Source: Adineta vaga
Lineage: Eukaryota; Animalia; Rotifera
Length of the DNA: 64,000 nucleotides
Direction: 5' to 3'
Assembly: GCA_021613535.1 (NCBI GenBank)
Contig: CP075493.1
Span: 558,001-622,000 of the forward strand
Part shown: positions 14,300-32,966 of the stretch, in pieces
How positions within the stretch are numbered: position 1 is the stretch's first letter
Layout: every line of letters starts with the position of its first letter
Notes under the pieces: generated by a model
The model's input: the letters and a program-made list of their open reading frames with translations, nothing else
Databases searched by the model: none
What the model was told of the DNA's origin: nothing
Made by a program: the position numbers and the translations under genes

Positions 14300-14960
14300 T
14301 TGCCATCTGCATATAAGAAAATAAACTATATAAAACAATAATCATAAATAACTTCTAGTGAAATTTTGCAAACTGTATGAATCCAATACAGAATCTTTGT
14401 ATTCATGGCAGTCTGGTATTAGGAAAAGTAAGATTTGGATTCAAGCAGTATATCTTGTTCAAGCATCATCAATTTTTCTTGCGCTATAAATGGAAGGACA
14501 AACGAGAAGTTCATATGCTTTCAATGGTATGCACAAATTTAAACAAAATAGATCGACAAATTGGAGACGAAATTCAGAAACTTGTCTGCATTATCGTTTA
14601 CACTATAAAAGTATGAGCGTAGTTGAGCATGTTGACATGCAAATATCCTTTTCAAAATGTATACGAAAATCAGTAAAATGATACAAAGAGTTTTTGTTTC
14701 ATCTTTTGAATATGATAGTATATAATGCATTTGACAATACTTCTTGTCGTTATTCTGATTTTCGTCTATGAAACAATTAGAGGAATTTTGACAAAGTACT
14801 GATTACAAAGATCAACTGCAATTGGAAACCGTCGACAAGAGATTCTCCTCTTCATTTAAGTAGTTGCCATTTGCCATCACTTATTCGACAAATATCACAA
14901 TCAAAGTAGTTCCAAAGAAAATGCATTGTTTGTACATTCCATGGAATTTAACGGTATTTT
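14300..14960 (+). mobile_element. Degenerate, internally deleted piggyBac (PGBD-like) transposase relic
   Basis: Fragments NLCIHGSLVLGKVRFGFKQYI (compare IDESLVLWKGRLGFKQYIP), KWKDKREVHMLS, MSVVEHVDMQIS..RKSVK*YK..FHLLNMIVYNAF. Stops and frameshifts are present, the catalytic Asp of IDES is lost, and the boundaries are approximate. Confidence 0.8.
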
Positions 14961-15684
14961 TGTCTTGAGTGAAAAATAAGCAACATGGGAATAATCCTCA
15001 AAATTTTATTTCATATTCATTATGAAACCGCAGAAAAGATATGAGAAAACAGATTACAGCCGTACTTGAACAAGAAGACGACAATCACAACAGTATTAAG
15101 AATTATCACAGTAAGCAATATAAATAAGAGTAAATGTTTAAAACGAAAAGAACCTATAATGAACATAAAGCAGGCATAGATGATTTTCTTTCCCAATTGT
15201 TTGTAGATTGATGACGATAATTGAAATAGTGACAAGCACTTCTAATAATGTTATCTTTCTAAAACAAAAAATTTGCACTTCAAGATATGATATGTATTGG
15301 ATTAAAGGGGAAAAAATCAGCTAAAATACCGTAGGTGACGCTTGTTTGTATGAGGATGTGATTAAGTTTGGTGTTCTCCGTAGACGTATATCTATGTAGC
15401 TCTCTTATTATATTCGAATTTCGAACAAATGAAGTTTCTATGAGAATATTTTCCATTTAATATCGATTACTTTCGGTAATATACGTATAGTGCTTCCCTT
15501 TAGTAGAAATGTTGAAATTATATCGAACAAAGATGATTCAATCGGTAATAGCCCTGACTACACAGGCAAATTTCATATATATATATATATATATATGTAT
15601 TTATCTCATTTATTTGAAGAAATAATTAAAACTTACGAACAAAATGTCTTCCTGCTCATCAAGTGCGTTCAGTATTTCCACGTT

Positions 15685-16716
15685 TCAGGCGGTTGTAGTT
15701 ATCTGTGGTGGTTGTCTTATTAGTATTCTGTTGACAGTGATCAGTCCGCCTTCATGATTCCATACATTTCCTTGTAACTTTCGAATATATACTAATATCA
15801 ATTGTTTAATTTCATTTCGAAATGCTTTCGATGTGATAATATGAACATAAAACATACTGTTATAGATCAAATACAACAGTACCGACTGAATAATAAAAGT
15901 AAGAAATGATTCGATTTGTTTACGTTCGGCAGACTTACTCGACGACATACTCGCCGTCGCCTGTACATAGATTTGTAATATTGGCCACATGAATGTGCAG
16001 AAAACATAGACTAATACTTCTGACAACACAAGTCTCATTAATGAAGCATCTCGTATGTTCAAACGACTAGTATTATTATTATTATTATTGTGGTTGGTAA
16101 GTGGTTGAATTCGCACGCGTAGTTCACGTAGATTTTTTATAAGCAGGATGCCAAAGACAATCATCATCAGAAGAGGTAACAAGCTGTTGAGAATCAGAAG
16201 ATAAATGGCGAATATTTGTCCAAAAAGTCCATACACACCACATCGTCCATTTTCGATACTTTCCCAAATAAGAAGTTGAGCGGAAAGTACACTCCAGACA
16301 GCAATGACAATAGCAATCCCACGATATGCGATTTGTGGTCGACTGAAAGCTCGAATGGAGACGCGGCTGTTAGATAAAGCATACCGGTCAGCACATCTTA
16401 GCACAAGTATATAACGAAAAGATTGTGCGGTAATTTGCAAGACATAACCACGGATGCGACAAAATATTAACGAGTTGTTTACTAGATCGTAGTGATCAAG
16501 TGCATATATAATTGGGATTATGCTCAAATTAGCACCAATTAAAGAGACAACTGATGATGCTATTAGATAGATTGCATAAGAATTTTTTCGAGATAATTTG
16601 TGCATATAAACCCAGATTGTGCATAAGTTTCCAATATTGCCAAATGCAAGAATAATAGGAAGTCCATAACGATTAATGACTGCTTGAATAAGAACAAGTG
16701 TAGAAATGATTGACAT
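15685..16716 (-). CDS. Orphan rhodopsin-like (class A) GPCR, intronless
   Basis: 343 aa with seven hydrophobic segments, GNIGN in TM1, Cys at the top of TM3, CADRY motif and helix-8-like SKAFRNE. Confidence 0.9.
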   Translation of the reverse strand: MSIISTLVLIQAVINRYGLPIILAFGNIGNLCTIWVYMHKLSRKNSYAIYLIASSVVSLIGANLSIIPIIYALDHYDLVNNSLIFCRIRGYVLQITAQSFRYILVLRCADRYALSNSRVSIRAFSRPQIAYRGIAIVIAVWSVLSAQLLIWESIENGRCGVYGLFGQIFAIYLLILNSLLPLLMMIVFGILLIKNLRELRVRIQPLTNHNNNNNNTSRLNIRDASLMRLVLSEVLVYVFCTFMWPILQIYVQATASMSSSKSAERKQIESFLTFIIQSVLLYLIYNSMFYVHIITSKAFRNEIKQLILVYIRKLQGNVWNHEGGLITVNRILIRQPPQITTTA

Positions 16717-19433
16717 AGTATTGAACGTTTAGTAAAATATATCTTGAACTAATTGATATGGATAGAAACGATAAGAATTATGTAAAATCGAAAAGAAAAA
16801 CAATGCCTTGAAAGATTTAGAAGAGCTCGTCAGAGCAATGATGACGGATTTCTAGGATCTTTTATATTTCAAATTGAATTTATATCTCTCAATAAAGTAG
16901 AGGTAAGGTTGGAGAACTTAGAAAAGGATGTAAGCCTTTCTTTTCTCAACAACTACTCAATAGTTATTCTTTGACTAAGGAATTACTGGTACCAAGAAAA
17001 TAGTGACATATAAAAGAAGAAACGAAACAAGTATTTTATATCATAGGAGTAGATAACATAAACAATTTGAAAAAAGGAATAAAAGAAATTGATCGATTCG
17101 CTAACCTTTTCATCAATTTGATTTATATTATTAGTTTACAGGAAAATAGTTTCTTTTTCTTTATGTTCCACACATATCTTTAATTGATATAATACTAATG
17201 TTAACTGACATCTCATCTGATTATAAGGGACAAACAGAGTTTAATTTATGTGAGAAGAAATACATCGCTGGAAAAGGAGTTACTTAAGCGACCTAGCTAC
17301 TGATTTATCATAAGGTTCAGTTCACATAGCATGTCTGAACTTCCGTTGTGATTGATAGTTTCTTTAATTCATCTAACTACACCTTTTTCTTCATGAATTC
17401 CCTAGCTCACACTAAATAAGATAGATAAACTGGTGTTGTGTATAACTATTTCATTGAATTATAATTAGTTTCCTACCTCCTATAGTTTCCTTATTTCAGT
17501 TTTGAAGAGATTCTCTTTTTCTGTCAAAATTTAGATTGAAATAGAATAGATTGTTATATAAAAACGAGACAACCATAGAAAATGAGATATGCGTCTCATT
17601 CGAAGAGCAAATATAAGCTGATAAGCGACAAAAAACTTGAGTTTAACAGATTTATTTTATTTTCTTAGATAATAGATCTGTTTTTTTAATTCATTATTTT
17701 TTATACGAATCTATCTGAAAGAAAATGCACGTATATATATATATGGCATAAAGCAACGTAAATAAGAAGGAATATAACTATTCTATATTTGTACAACGAG
17801 TTAGTAAAAGATGGAGAAATTTAAAAATAATATGTTTCTCGTAATTCATATAGGAAGAATTGAAAGATGATCATAAGTAATTTTTGGATGTCAATTCTAG
17901 AGATATTAGATAAAGTGAAATTGTTGGTTCTATCTTAACAAAATAAAAAAGAACAATTAGGAATAAACGAAGATAAGAATAAAGAATATCTATCAGAAAT
18001 AATAAAAAAAAATGTATCCTGCTAATTTCATAAACTAATTAATCTAAAATCCTTTTCTTCTAACTTAATATATCTATACAGCAAATATTTTCACTCGATT
18101 GAAAAATGATTTTAAAATTAAAAATGCATTGTTTATAAAAGGATATCGATGAATTTTACCTGTTTCCAGAAGAATGACAATTTAGATATTTAAAAAAGTA
18201 AATATAAATTAATACTTTTTACCGACATGTATCTTTATAAAGTACAAATATGAAGAGAAAAAAAAAAGGTCTTCCACATAGATAAACAAGAAGACAAATT
18301 TCTCATTGAGAAAACATAGAAAATAAAAGATTAATTTTAGTCTTACACAAAAACAAATTTCGTTTATCCATTTGAAAAGAAGAAGAAAAAAAGTCTTTTA
18401 AATATTTATTAACAATATGATAATTATTTGTAAAAGACAATAGATCTGATTTTATAATATCTAATTTATTTATTATTTTTCATATCATATTCTTTTTTCC
18501 TATACATCAATTCATTTATATGAAACTTTTTACAAAAAAATCCTTTTCTTCATATAAATTCAATCTACGTTATCGTCATATTCACATAATAATTATTGAA
18601 CAAGTTAGATGAGAATATCGAATTATAAGTTTATTTATTTATTTATTTGAACCAATGAACGATATTAATTTATATATTTATTAGTTAAAAAATTATTATT
18701 GAAGATTTAATAGAAAAAAAAAAACAAACAAACTTATTAAACTCAATCTAAAAAAAGCATTTTTATTTCTAGAACATTAACATCCATACAGATTACGTGT
18801 CATTTTCATATGAACATATAGAGCAGATAATTGAGAAAAATCTTTTGAAATATTAATTGATAAAATATTATTAGAATTAATAATTCAATGTAAAGAAAAA
18901 GTATAAAAAATGTCATTTTGTCTGTAAAAAAAACGAATTTTTTTATAATAATAATATCATATTATAGAATATTTTAAAGAAATTTAAAAATAATCAATAG
19001 AAATATAATTTATTTAATATAATTAAAACGAAATGTTTATATGTTTTATTCTCGATAATTTTCATATTTGTTTTTTTAGTCTTTATTTATTTTTAAAATA
19101 CTTTATCTATTCAATTCTTCTTTACATTTAATTTTTAATATTATTATTTATTTTGTATTAGAAATGATAATATAAAATTTTATGAGAAAAAATATTTCTA
19201 TAAATATATATGTACATCAAAAATTCTATTAAAGATAAATTAATTTCATAAAGATTTGTTTTATTTTTTTTTTTGTTTGAAATAATTATTTTTAGTAAAG
19301 AAAAAGAATAATATGAAATATCATCATGAAATTGTTTATTATTAATAAAGATAAGAAAAATAAAAGAATTTTCTTTTCTTATTATTTAAATAGAAAAGAA
19401 AGAAGAAGATTTCGTTTTTTTTTTTCGTTAAAA

Positions 19434-25410
<5,977 letters not shown>

Positions 25411-26416
25411 ATATTACATAAACAAATCTTATCTTTAATTTAACTATCAATTCTTTGATAATAAGATTAAAAAGATATATTCATTTTCTATTTTACACTT
25501 GTGAAGACTTTTTATTTATGACTAGAAAGAAGAAAGAAGAAATATATGACTCAGTAATATTAGTCATATACATAGAAATGAAGAATTCTCTGGTTTATAT
25601 GAGTTATGAGAACAAGAAACCATGACAAACTATATGAAGTAATACGGTGCTATGATTTATAACTGGAACACGTTCTACAATCGAATGATAAAGAGAAAAT
25701 CAAAAGATAATGAATGAAAGCAACGACTATTTATTTTCAACAAAAGATGATACTTTAGAATAAAGTAGTTTGTTTATTATATTATTTTATTTTAACTCTA
25801 TTTGGATATATCCAACGTTTGTGTAACATTATATATAGATTCCTATCAGTAATAAACTATAAGTAAGTATGTATGCATTGATCTATTAAATTAATCACCA
25901 GTTTTTCGAAGAAAATTAAATGATGTGTAATTTTTAAGTTAGAAAACTTTTCCTTAGTCACTTCCTTCTGACTCTCATTAACGACAGAATTCATTAGAGA
26001 CATAAACCTATTATAAAAGTAGCTCGGCTTAGAGCAAAACCCATTAGGTACAAGCCATATTATTCAAAACAGGCTATGTGATGTTCCACATCTCAATTCT
26101 AAAGGATTGGACTGAAAATTTCTCACATTATAATTAAATTAGAACGAATTCACAATGGATAGTATAGCAAGTGATAGTTGTATAATTTTGGTACACTGAA
26201 AATATCATATGATACTTTTTTGCTGATATAAACTGAACAGATTTGAGAAATGATTTGAGGTATTCTATATAGTTGTCATTTTTTAGAAGAGTATTAATTT
26301 TCTATTAAAGATCAACTGTTTTCATAAGTTTATATTAATGTATTTTTGATAAAACATAGACGTCTCATAGTGTTTCCATTATATAGATTAGACTTTCTTT
26401 TGTCTATTTCAAGAAG

Positions 26417-27058
26417 ATGACATCACACGGTCAAAGTTTCAATTTATCGTATTCTATTGATAAACTGATTAAGATCGGAAAAAATGTATATTGATTAATA
26501 TTTAAGGCTTTAATTTTACTTTTGCATTCATTATCTTTAGGGCAACATTATCGCGGACATTCATAAAGTACCGCATTCCGTCGTTTTAGACAAGCTTACA
26601 ATCAATTTCAATGGTGAATCAATATTTTGGCAGAGAGGCTAATTTTTATCGATTGGACGATCCTTTTTCTCATATGAAAACTCATTTGTATTTCTTTATG
26701 ATATGAACTACGATGATGATCGCGATTGGGACAAATTTAGAAGCGAGTTCACTCAAGCTTTGTGTATGACTTTGAATGTGCCAGAGTCGGAAGTACATAT
26801 TCATGGAATAGTTCGGGGCAGTATTATAGTGATTCTTTTGGCTACAATTGTGATCATTATCGCGCTCGTTGCAATTGATATAGACCCTAGACCAAAAGTT
26901 ATTCTTATCTCGACGGTCGCTGGAGCAGGAATGGGTGCCGCCATCGGGACTGTAGGAGGTCCAGTAGGCACTATTAGGTAGTGGTTACTGTAGTTGGTCT
27001 TGGAGTCGGTATTATTACGATTTTCTTTTCTTTTAATCTTGAACAAAGAATAAATTAG
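26417..27058 (+). pseudogene. Disrupted small gene for a membrane protein with a glycine-zipper C-terminus
   Basis: Putative exon 1 from ATG 26417, acceptor near 26540, in-frame TAA at 26640-26642, hydrophobic helix, then VAGAGMGAAIGTVGGPVG. The zipper continues (VVVTVVGLGVGIITIFF) only after a frameshift near 26975. Confidence 0.4.
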
Positions 27059-27615
27059 ATCACATAGATAAAACAATTTCACTTTTTTCTATTGTAAAAA
27101 AACGTGATGATACAAAAAGAAAATTGAATATTTCATTTATAGTTCGAGCAAAGAAACTAATTTTTTTATCATTGATAGAGATCTATTCATAGGTTTTATA
27201 TTCATCCAAACAGAGTTGGAAAGAACCTTTGCGGAGTATCTTACAACATCTTATGAAACATCTCAATTAAAAGTCATACAAATCAAGATTGTTACAAGTC
27301 TTGAACGAGGATGATCTGGATCGACGATTCGAATATTATCAATGGATTCGGTATTCAATTCGTCTCTATTAGATCGAATTCAAACAAACAATCGAGTAGT
27401 CAATAGAAATAATTGTGTTTATTAGAGCAAGATAGTGTTCCACCTTATACTATAGCAAAATTGTGTGAGATTGTTTAAATGATACACGTTCATACGTTGC
27501 ACTATGGTCATTTACACTGCTTAATAATCGTATCGATAGTCACCTCTATAGTAATCTGTCGTTTTGTAACATATATCGTCGCCAAATGTATTAATTTATT
27601 GGATGAATATATTAG

Positions 27616-29189
27616 TTAAGAGATGTCTAGAGTAGTTTGGAGCAGCGGTACCATTTTGTCCACAAGGTTAAATGATATATATTGAGTCCGATAAATTTCT
27701 CGTAATTGTTTGCATATTGACTGCATTCGGAAGATCAAGGTAAGCAACTGCGTGAAATATTGAACAGCTTGTGATTCGCCGTATTTACTATTCAAATGCT
27801 TCCAAAATAGATCTGTATAGTGAGCTTGTGCTTGGTAAACTGCTGCTGAATCCTTTAATGGTGTTTCATCGTCGTTCATAGAGATACCATGTGAAAATAT
27901 CAAGATTATTGTTAGAAGAGATAATGTTCCTGAATCTTGTTCAGTTAACTTGACAAGTAATAGTACTAAATTGTACATGTTGTGTTGAATATCCTCTGAT
28001 ACACCGCATAACGCAAAAAAATGTCGACGTTTAATGATGTGTTGATCATTTTCATTCGAATATTGATTGTTGATTGTCTTGTAATAAAAACATTTCCATA
28101 TCATAGACACCAGATGAATATTATATTTAATTAAAATAAAACGATCATCAATGTCAAGATTGTTAAATTCGTCAATTTCACGAAAGAAATTGATGAAACG
28201 TAGAGTGATTGCATGAGAGAATTGAGACAATTCAAGAAGAGCAAAGCTGGTATCTTCTGCATCAATGTTAAGCGATAGACCTGCTTCGAATCCAAAATTA
28301 GTCAAGAATGAACAGCGAACACTTTCAATGATAAGCCAATCTTCAATAGACAAAATATCCCACGAAATATTTTCCATTTCATCCAAATCAATATCATCTG
28401 TGGTGTCAAGGAGATGATTGTTTTCATTCAAATTGATCTAAGAGAAATCCCATCAGTAAAGTGATTTAATCGATAACAGTACAAAATGGATATTTACATT
28501 TTCAGTTACTTCGGATATGAATGTTGCATTTCGTTTTTCTTCACAATGTTTTTTTCTTCGTTGCTTTTCTTCTTCAGTGAACATAAAATCTTTATTCATC
28601 CCCGCTGTAAGACATCGATTCAATCGACATTTTTGACATTTTCGTCGTCGTGTTTCGTATGACAATGAACATTGATCTTCACTTAATAAACATCGCATAT
28701 TGTCCTATCAATAGATTCTCAATGAAAATTAAATGAAAGGAGAGGAAAACGAACCAAACTTTGATTAACATGGCGACGAAAAAATGCTTTACATGACGAA
28801 CAAGATAGTACGTTGTAATTATAACCAATGGCACGACCACCACATATAGTACAGATCATTGGTTTCTTCGGTACTTTCGCTGACTTTGCTTCATTACGAT
28901 CATCTGAATCAAGTGCACGTTTATAAATTCCTTCTTGTTTGAAATTCTGTAAAGAAATAGAATTATCATTTCACTGATTATTGAACTGAAATCGAATACA
29001 AACAGGATCAGATAGTTGAGCAAGAAAAGCCAAATTGTTGATGATATTATCACCATTAATTGTTGAACAGTCTTTTTCGTTATTTTCCAAATTGATAATT
29101 CGTGTATTTGTATTCTTTTTGGAGCAAATTTCTTGAATGAAATCTTCATTTGCGGTAATAATAATAATTTTAGTTTGATCAGCAGTCAT
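27616..29189 (-). CDS. Nuclear hormone receptor, NR1 (HR96/NR1J/VDR-PXR-like); 4 exons
   Basis: Exons 29189-29004, 28946-28755, 28704-28498, 28437-27616. C4 zinc fingers CTICGGRAIGYNYNVLSCSSCKAFFRR and KCQKCRLNRCLTAGM. LBD signature FFREIDEFNNLDIDDRFILIK. AF-2-like PLLQTTL. Confidence 0.92.
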
Positions 29190-30284
29190 TACCTTTTTAT
29201 CTCACGTGGTATTTTGTCTGAGCGCTAATAGAAATGCATCGCCGTCGATGTAAACTAACAACAACAACAACCATTGCGCGTACGAGAAAAAGAACATCAA
29301 AGCAAAATCCACGATGAATTTATAGTCAGAGGATGAGAAGAAAGAAAGAAAAGAACATTTACTATTACTCTTTTACTACAAGCATTTTTTTTCTTCGATT
29401 ATTTTATGCTGATGCATATTGTATGAGAACGTCAAATGGGACTTTATATTACGAAACGAAGTGAGGATATTATATTGTACTGTTGTTTTCTCGTTGAATC
29501 TTGAAAATTAAAAGTATTTCCTTTCTCTAGTTATTATCAGAACAGAACAATAAGGGATACTCGATGTTAAAGTGACTATAATCAAAGATATTTCAGATAT
29601 GATTCTAAAAATCATTGTTTTGCAAGATTTCTAAACAAAGAAAAATAAAAAATAGAATTCTTTCAAAAAATTTTGTGAAACAGGAAATTTGCTCTTCTTC
29701 TTTTACACGAAGTGTTTTGATATCTATGTGAATCATTCCGATAATGATTGATAAGTATATATAGAGTTATAAATAACCATTTTTATGAGATACATTATAT
29801 TTGTTAATAAACTCTGTGCAGTTATATGAACATGTAATGTCATCTATAGATATATACATTCTAAGTGGTCAAAATATACTTTTTTTTATAAAAACTATCT
29901 TAAACTTTAATTTAGAATGAAAAACATCTTTCACGAAGAACAATAAGTATAAAAGTGACCGAATACACTTTCTTCATTCTTATTTTTTTTGTAGATTCAT
30001 AATTTCCTCGATGATTATTGAAATCATCATTATTTTATTTGGTCATTCTTTCCATCTTTCTCTTTGTTGCATTGATTCATATAAAAATGTTGGCATTGAA
30101 TATATGAATAGCAAGTGATTGATAGTGATCTTGAAAGACCAAACAACTATATACATTAAAAAATGATACAGTAATGTGTCAATTGAATGATATACCATTC
30201 GATAATGTGAGTAAAGATTCAAAATTTATTCTGATATCAGAATGAAAAAAAAATGTGAAGTAATACGATGAGCCTCAATTCTGT

Positions 30285-31269
30285 TTATGTAAATGCTTGA
30301 GCGTTCTTTTTTATCCATGCTTCTAATGTGCCCAATGGTCGACCGAGTACAAAAGCTAACTGTGGAGTAGTAGTTTTCTTCATACCATTGATGGCATATG
30401 TTGCACGATCATATATGAATGCATGAGACATACCAAAACTCGCTTGCTGCTTGAAAAAATCATCGAGCGATTGTTGTTCATAGACAATAGGCCGACCGAG
30501 AACCTTAGTGAAGATAGCTGCTCGTTCTTCGTTTGATAAAACTTCAGCACCCATTTCGTAGACGATGCGATCGTGTTTCTCAATCGGATCAGTTAAAATA
30601 ACGACTGCACAATCGGAGATATCTGTTAACAGAGAAAACAAAATGTTGCTGTTTGCAGTTTTTTTTCCATCTGTAATGTTTCTGCTTACCTTCGATATCG
30701 ATCCAAACTAATGCTGTCGAAGGAGATCCACATGAGAGAAGTTTGTTTGAATGTTTGATGTGATGAACATCGCCCATGAGATGATTAGTCATAAATGCTC
30801 CAGGACGGAGTACAACCAATGAACGTTTTTCAGGATTTTGTTCGACAAGTGTCCACAATTTTTCTTCGGCAGTCATCTGTGCATATGAAATGATACCTTT
30901 TCTTCCATTCTCAGTCACAAAGAAAGAAGAGACATTAATGATTTGTCGAACACCTTGTTCGAAAGCAATCTTTCCGAATGTTCCTTTGATTTCACTTTGT
31001 GATGTTGGTTTATTAATAGCATTAACAAGAAGAAATAAACGAGTATGTCCTTGAATTGCTTTTGAGAACACGTCAATTGTTTCGTAAGTTCCAATAACCA
31101 ATGTAAGATAACCAGTTTTTAGTTGATTTTCGAAAAGATTTTTTGCTTTTTGTTCATTTCGTACATAAGCTGTTGTTTGAATTTCTTTTTTGATCAGACC
31201 ACGAATAATACCAGACCCAATATTTCCAGTTGCTCCAGTAACAAATATACGTTCCTTGTTTGATGACAT
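30285..31269 (-). CDS. NmrA-like NAD(P)H-binding atypical SDR oxidoreductase; 2 exons
   Basis: IFVTGATGNIG Rossmann motif, VLRPGAFMTN, WIDIE|DISDCA across a GT-AG intron at 30689-30623, then VLGRPIVY and LGRPLGTLEAW. Confidence 0.9.
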
Positions 31270-31335
31270 GTTGATAGCGAGAATGAAAAGAGAATCAATG
31301 AATTACCTTTTTTCACTATAACATCAATGCGTTAC

Positions 31336-31525
31336 GATATAAAAGGAAAGTAAAAAGCAGCATGTATAAGACGAGAGTATACGATGAAGAGCACAGAGTT
31401 CGGAATAATATGGTAAATCTATCGCAAAGTGCAGAATGCATATAGCAATAGAAAGAGAAGGTAAAAAGTGGCATGTATATGACGAAAGTACGATTGACAA
31501 CACAGAGGACGGAATAATATAGTAA
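31336..31525. repeat. Diverged tandem duplication (two ~80-bp copies about 110 bp apart) upstream of the NmrA-like gene
   Basis: gtaaaaagcagcatgtataagacgagagta...cacagagttcggaataatatggtaa versus gtaaaaagtggcatgtatatgacgaaagta...cacagaggacggaataatatagtaa. Confidence 0.75.
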
Positions 31526-31946
31526 CGTCATGAAATATTTATATAAATTTTGAAATAAATATAGTAAATCAGATTATAATAACAATTATTTCTAAAGAAA
31601 TGAAAAATTTGATTTTATTCTTTGAAAATTATTTGATAAATTCTATTAGAATAAATATAATAAGAAGATTTAAAATAAAATAAATTCAAAAAAAAAAAAA
31701 AGATCGCATTATCATATTTATTAATTCTAATAATTATATTATTTATCAAGAATATCTTATATAAATATTAAAAGAAGAATTATATAAGATGAAATAATAA
31801 AAAAAACAAAAATATTATATTATATATTTAAATAAAATTAGAAGAAAAGAATAAAATCTTATCTAATGATAAAATAAAGTCTTATTTTTTTATTTTTATC
31901 TTTTATTTCAAAAGAATCTTTTTTTTTTCTTTTTCAAATTAAAAAA

Positions 31947-32966
31947 ATGTCTCATATGAGTTCAAATTATAATTTAAATTCTTCAAATCAATTATCTGTT
32001 GTATTAAAATCGAAATCTTATATTGATGAAGGAATTGAAAATTTTTCATCAAATTCTTCATTAATCTTAATTGTTGATTATGGTTCATCACATGGTTTAA
32101 ATTCATCACAATCAATGAATATGATTATAAATTCATTAAAAGAACAAAATAAATTAAATAAAAATCAATCAATACTTATTATTCATAATGATTTACCAGA
32201 TAATAATTGGTTATCATTATTTAATATATTAAATTCTAATGAAAATATTTCATATTATGGTTTAGCTAATGGAAAATCCTTTTATGAACAATGTTTTCCA
32301 TCAAATAGTATTTCAATAGGTTATTCATCATCATCACTTCATTGGCTTTCAAAAAAACCATGTAATTTAAAAGAACATTGTTGTTCATCATATTTATTTG
32401 AAAATGATTTTGATTATTTAAAATTTGAAAAACAATCTTATGAAGATTATTCATTATTTTTAAAATATCGTTCAAATGAATTAATTCAAAATGGAATTCT
32501 TATTTTATCAATACCATCATGGAATAAACAATCAAATTTAATTAATAATTATTCATTTATGCATATGAATCTTCTTTATCAATGTGCTCAAATTTATTTA
32601 AATTCAAATGAATTATTTCATTTTACAATTCCAATTCATGTTCGTTGGTATCATCAATGTATTGATCAAGAACTTTTTCAAAAATATTCATTTCAATTAA
32701 TTAAATCAGAACATTTTATTATTCATTCATCTTTATTAGAACAATTAAATCAAAATCAAATAACTTTAGATGAATTTGCTAAACAACGAACATTAATTAT
32801 GAAAACATGGACAAATATTTCATTAGAAAATTCTTTAAAAGATAATGAAAATAAAGAAATAATTATTGAACAATTTTGGAATATGTATCAAAATAAAGTA
32901 AAAGAACAACCTCATTTACATAATAATCCAATGCAAACAACTTTTATTATTTTAAAAAAACTTTAA
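31947..32966 (+). CDS. SAM-dependent carboxyl methyltransferase (SABATH / Methyltransf_7 family), intronless
   Basis: Family motifs IVDYGSSHGLNS, HNDLPDNNWLSLF, GKSFYEQCFPSNSI, SSSSLHWLSKKP, FLKYRSNELIQNG. Confidence 0.92.
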   Translation: MSHMSSNYNLNSSNQLSVVLKSKSYIDEGIENFSSNSSLILIVDYGSSHGLNSSQSMNMIINSLKEQNKLNKNQSILIIHNDLPDNNWLSLFNILNSNENISYYGLANGKSFYEQCFPSNSISIGYSSSSLHWLSKKPCNLKEHCCSSYLFENDFDYLKFEKQSYEDYSLFLKYRSNELIQNGILILSIPSWNKQSNLINNYSFMHMNLLYQCAQIYLNSNELFHFTIPIHVRWYHQCIDQELFQKYSFQLIKSEHFIIHSSLLEQLNQNQITLDEFAKQRTLIMKTWTNISLENSLKDNENKEIIIEQFWNMYQNKVKEQPHLHNNPMQTTFIILKKL

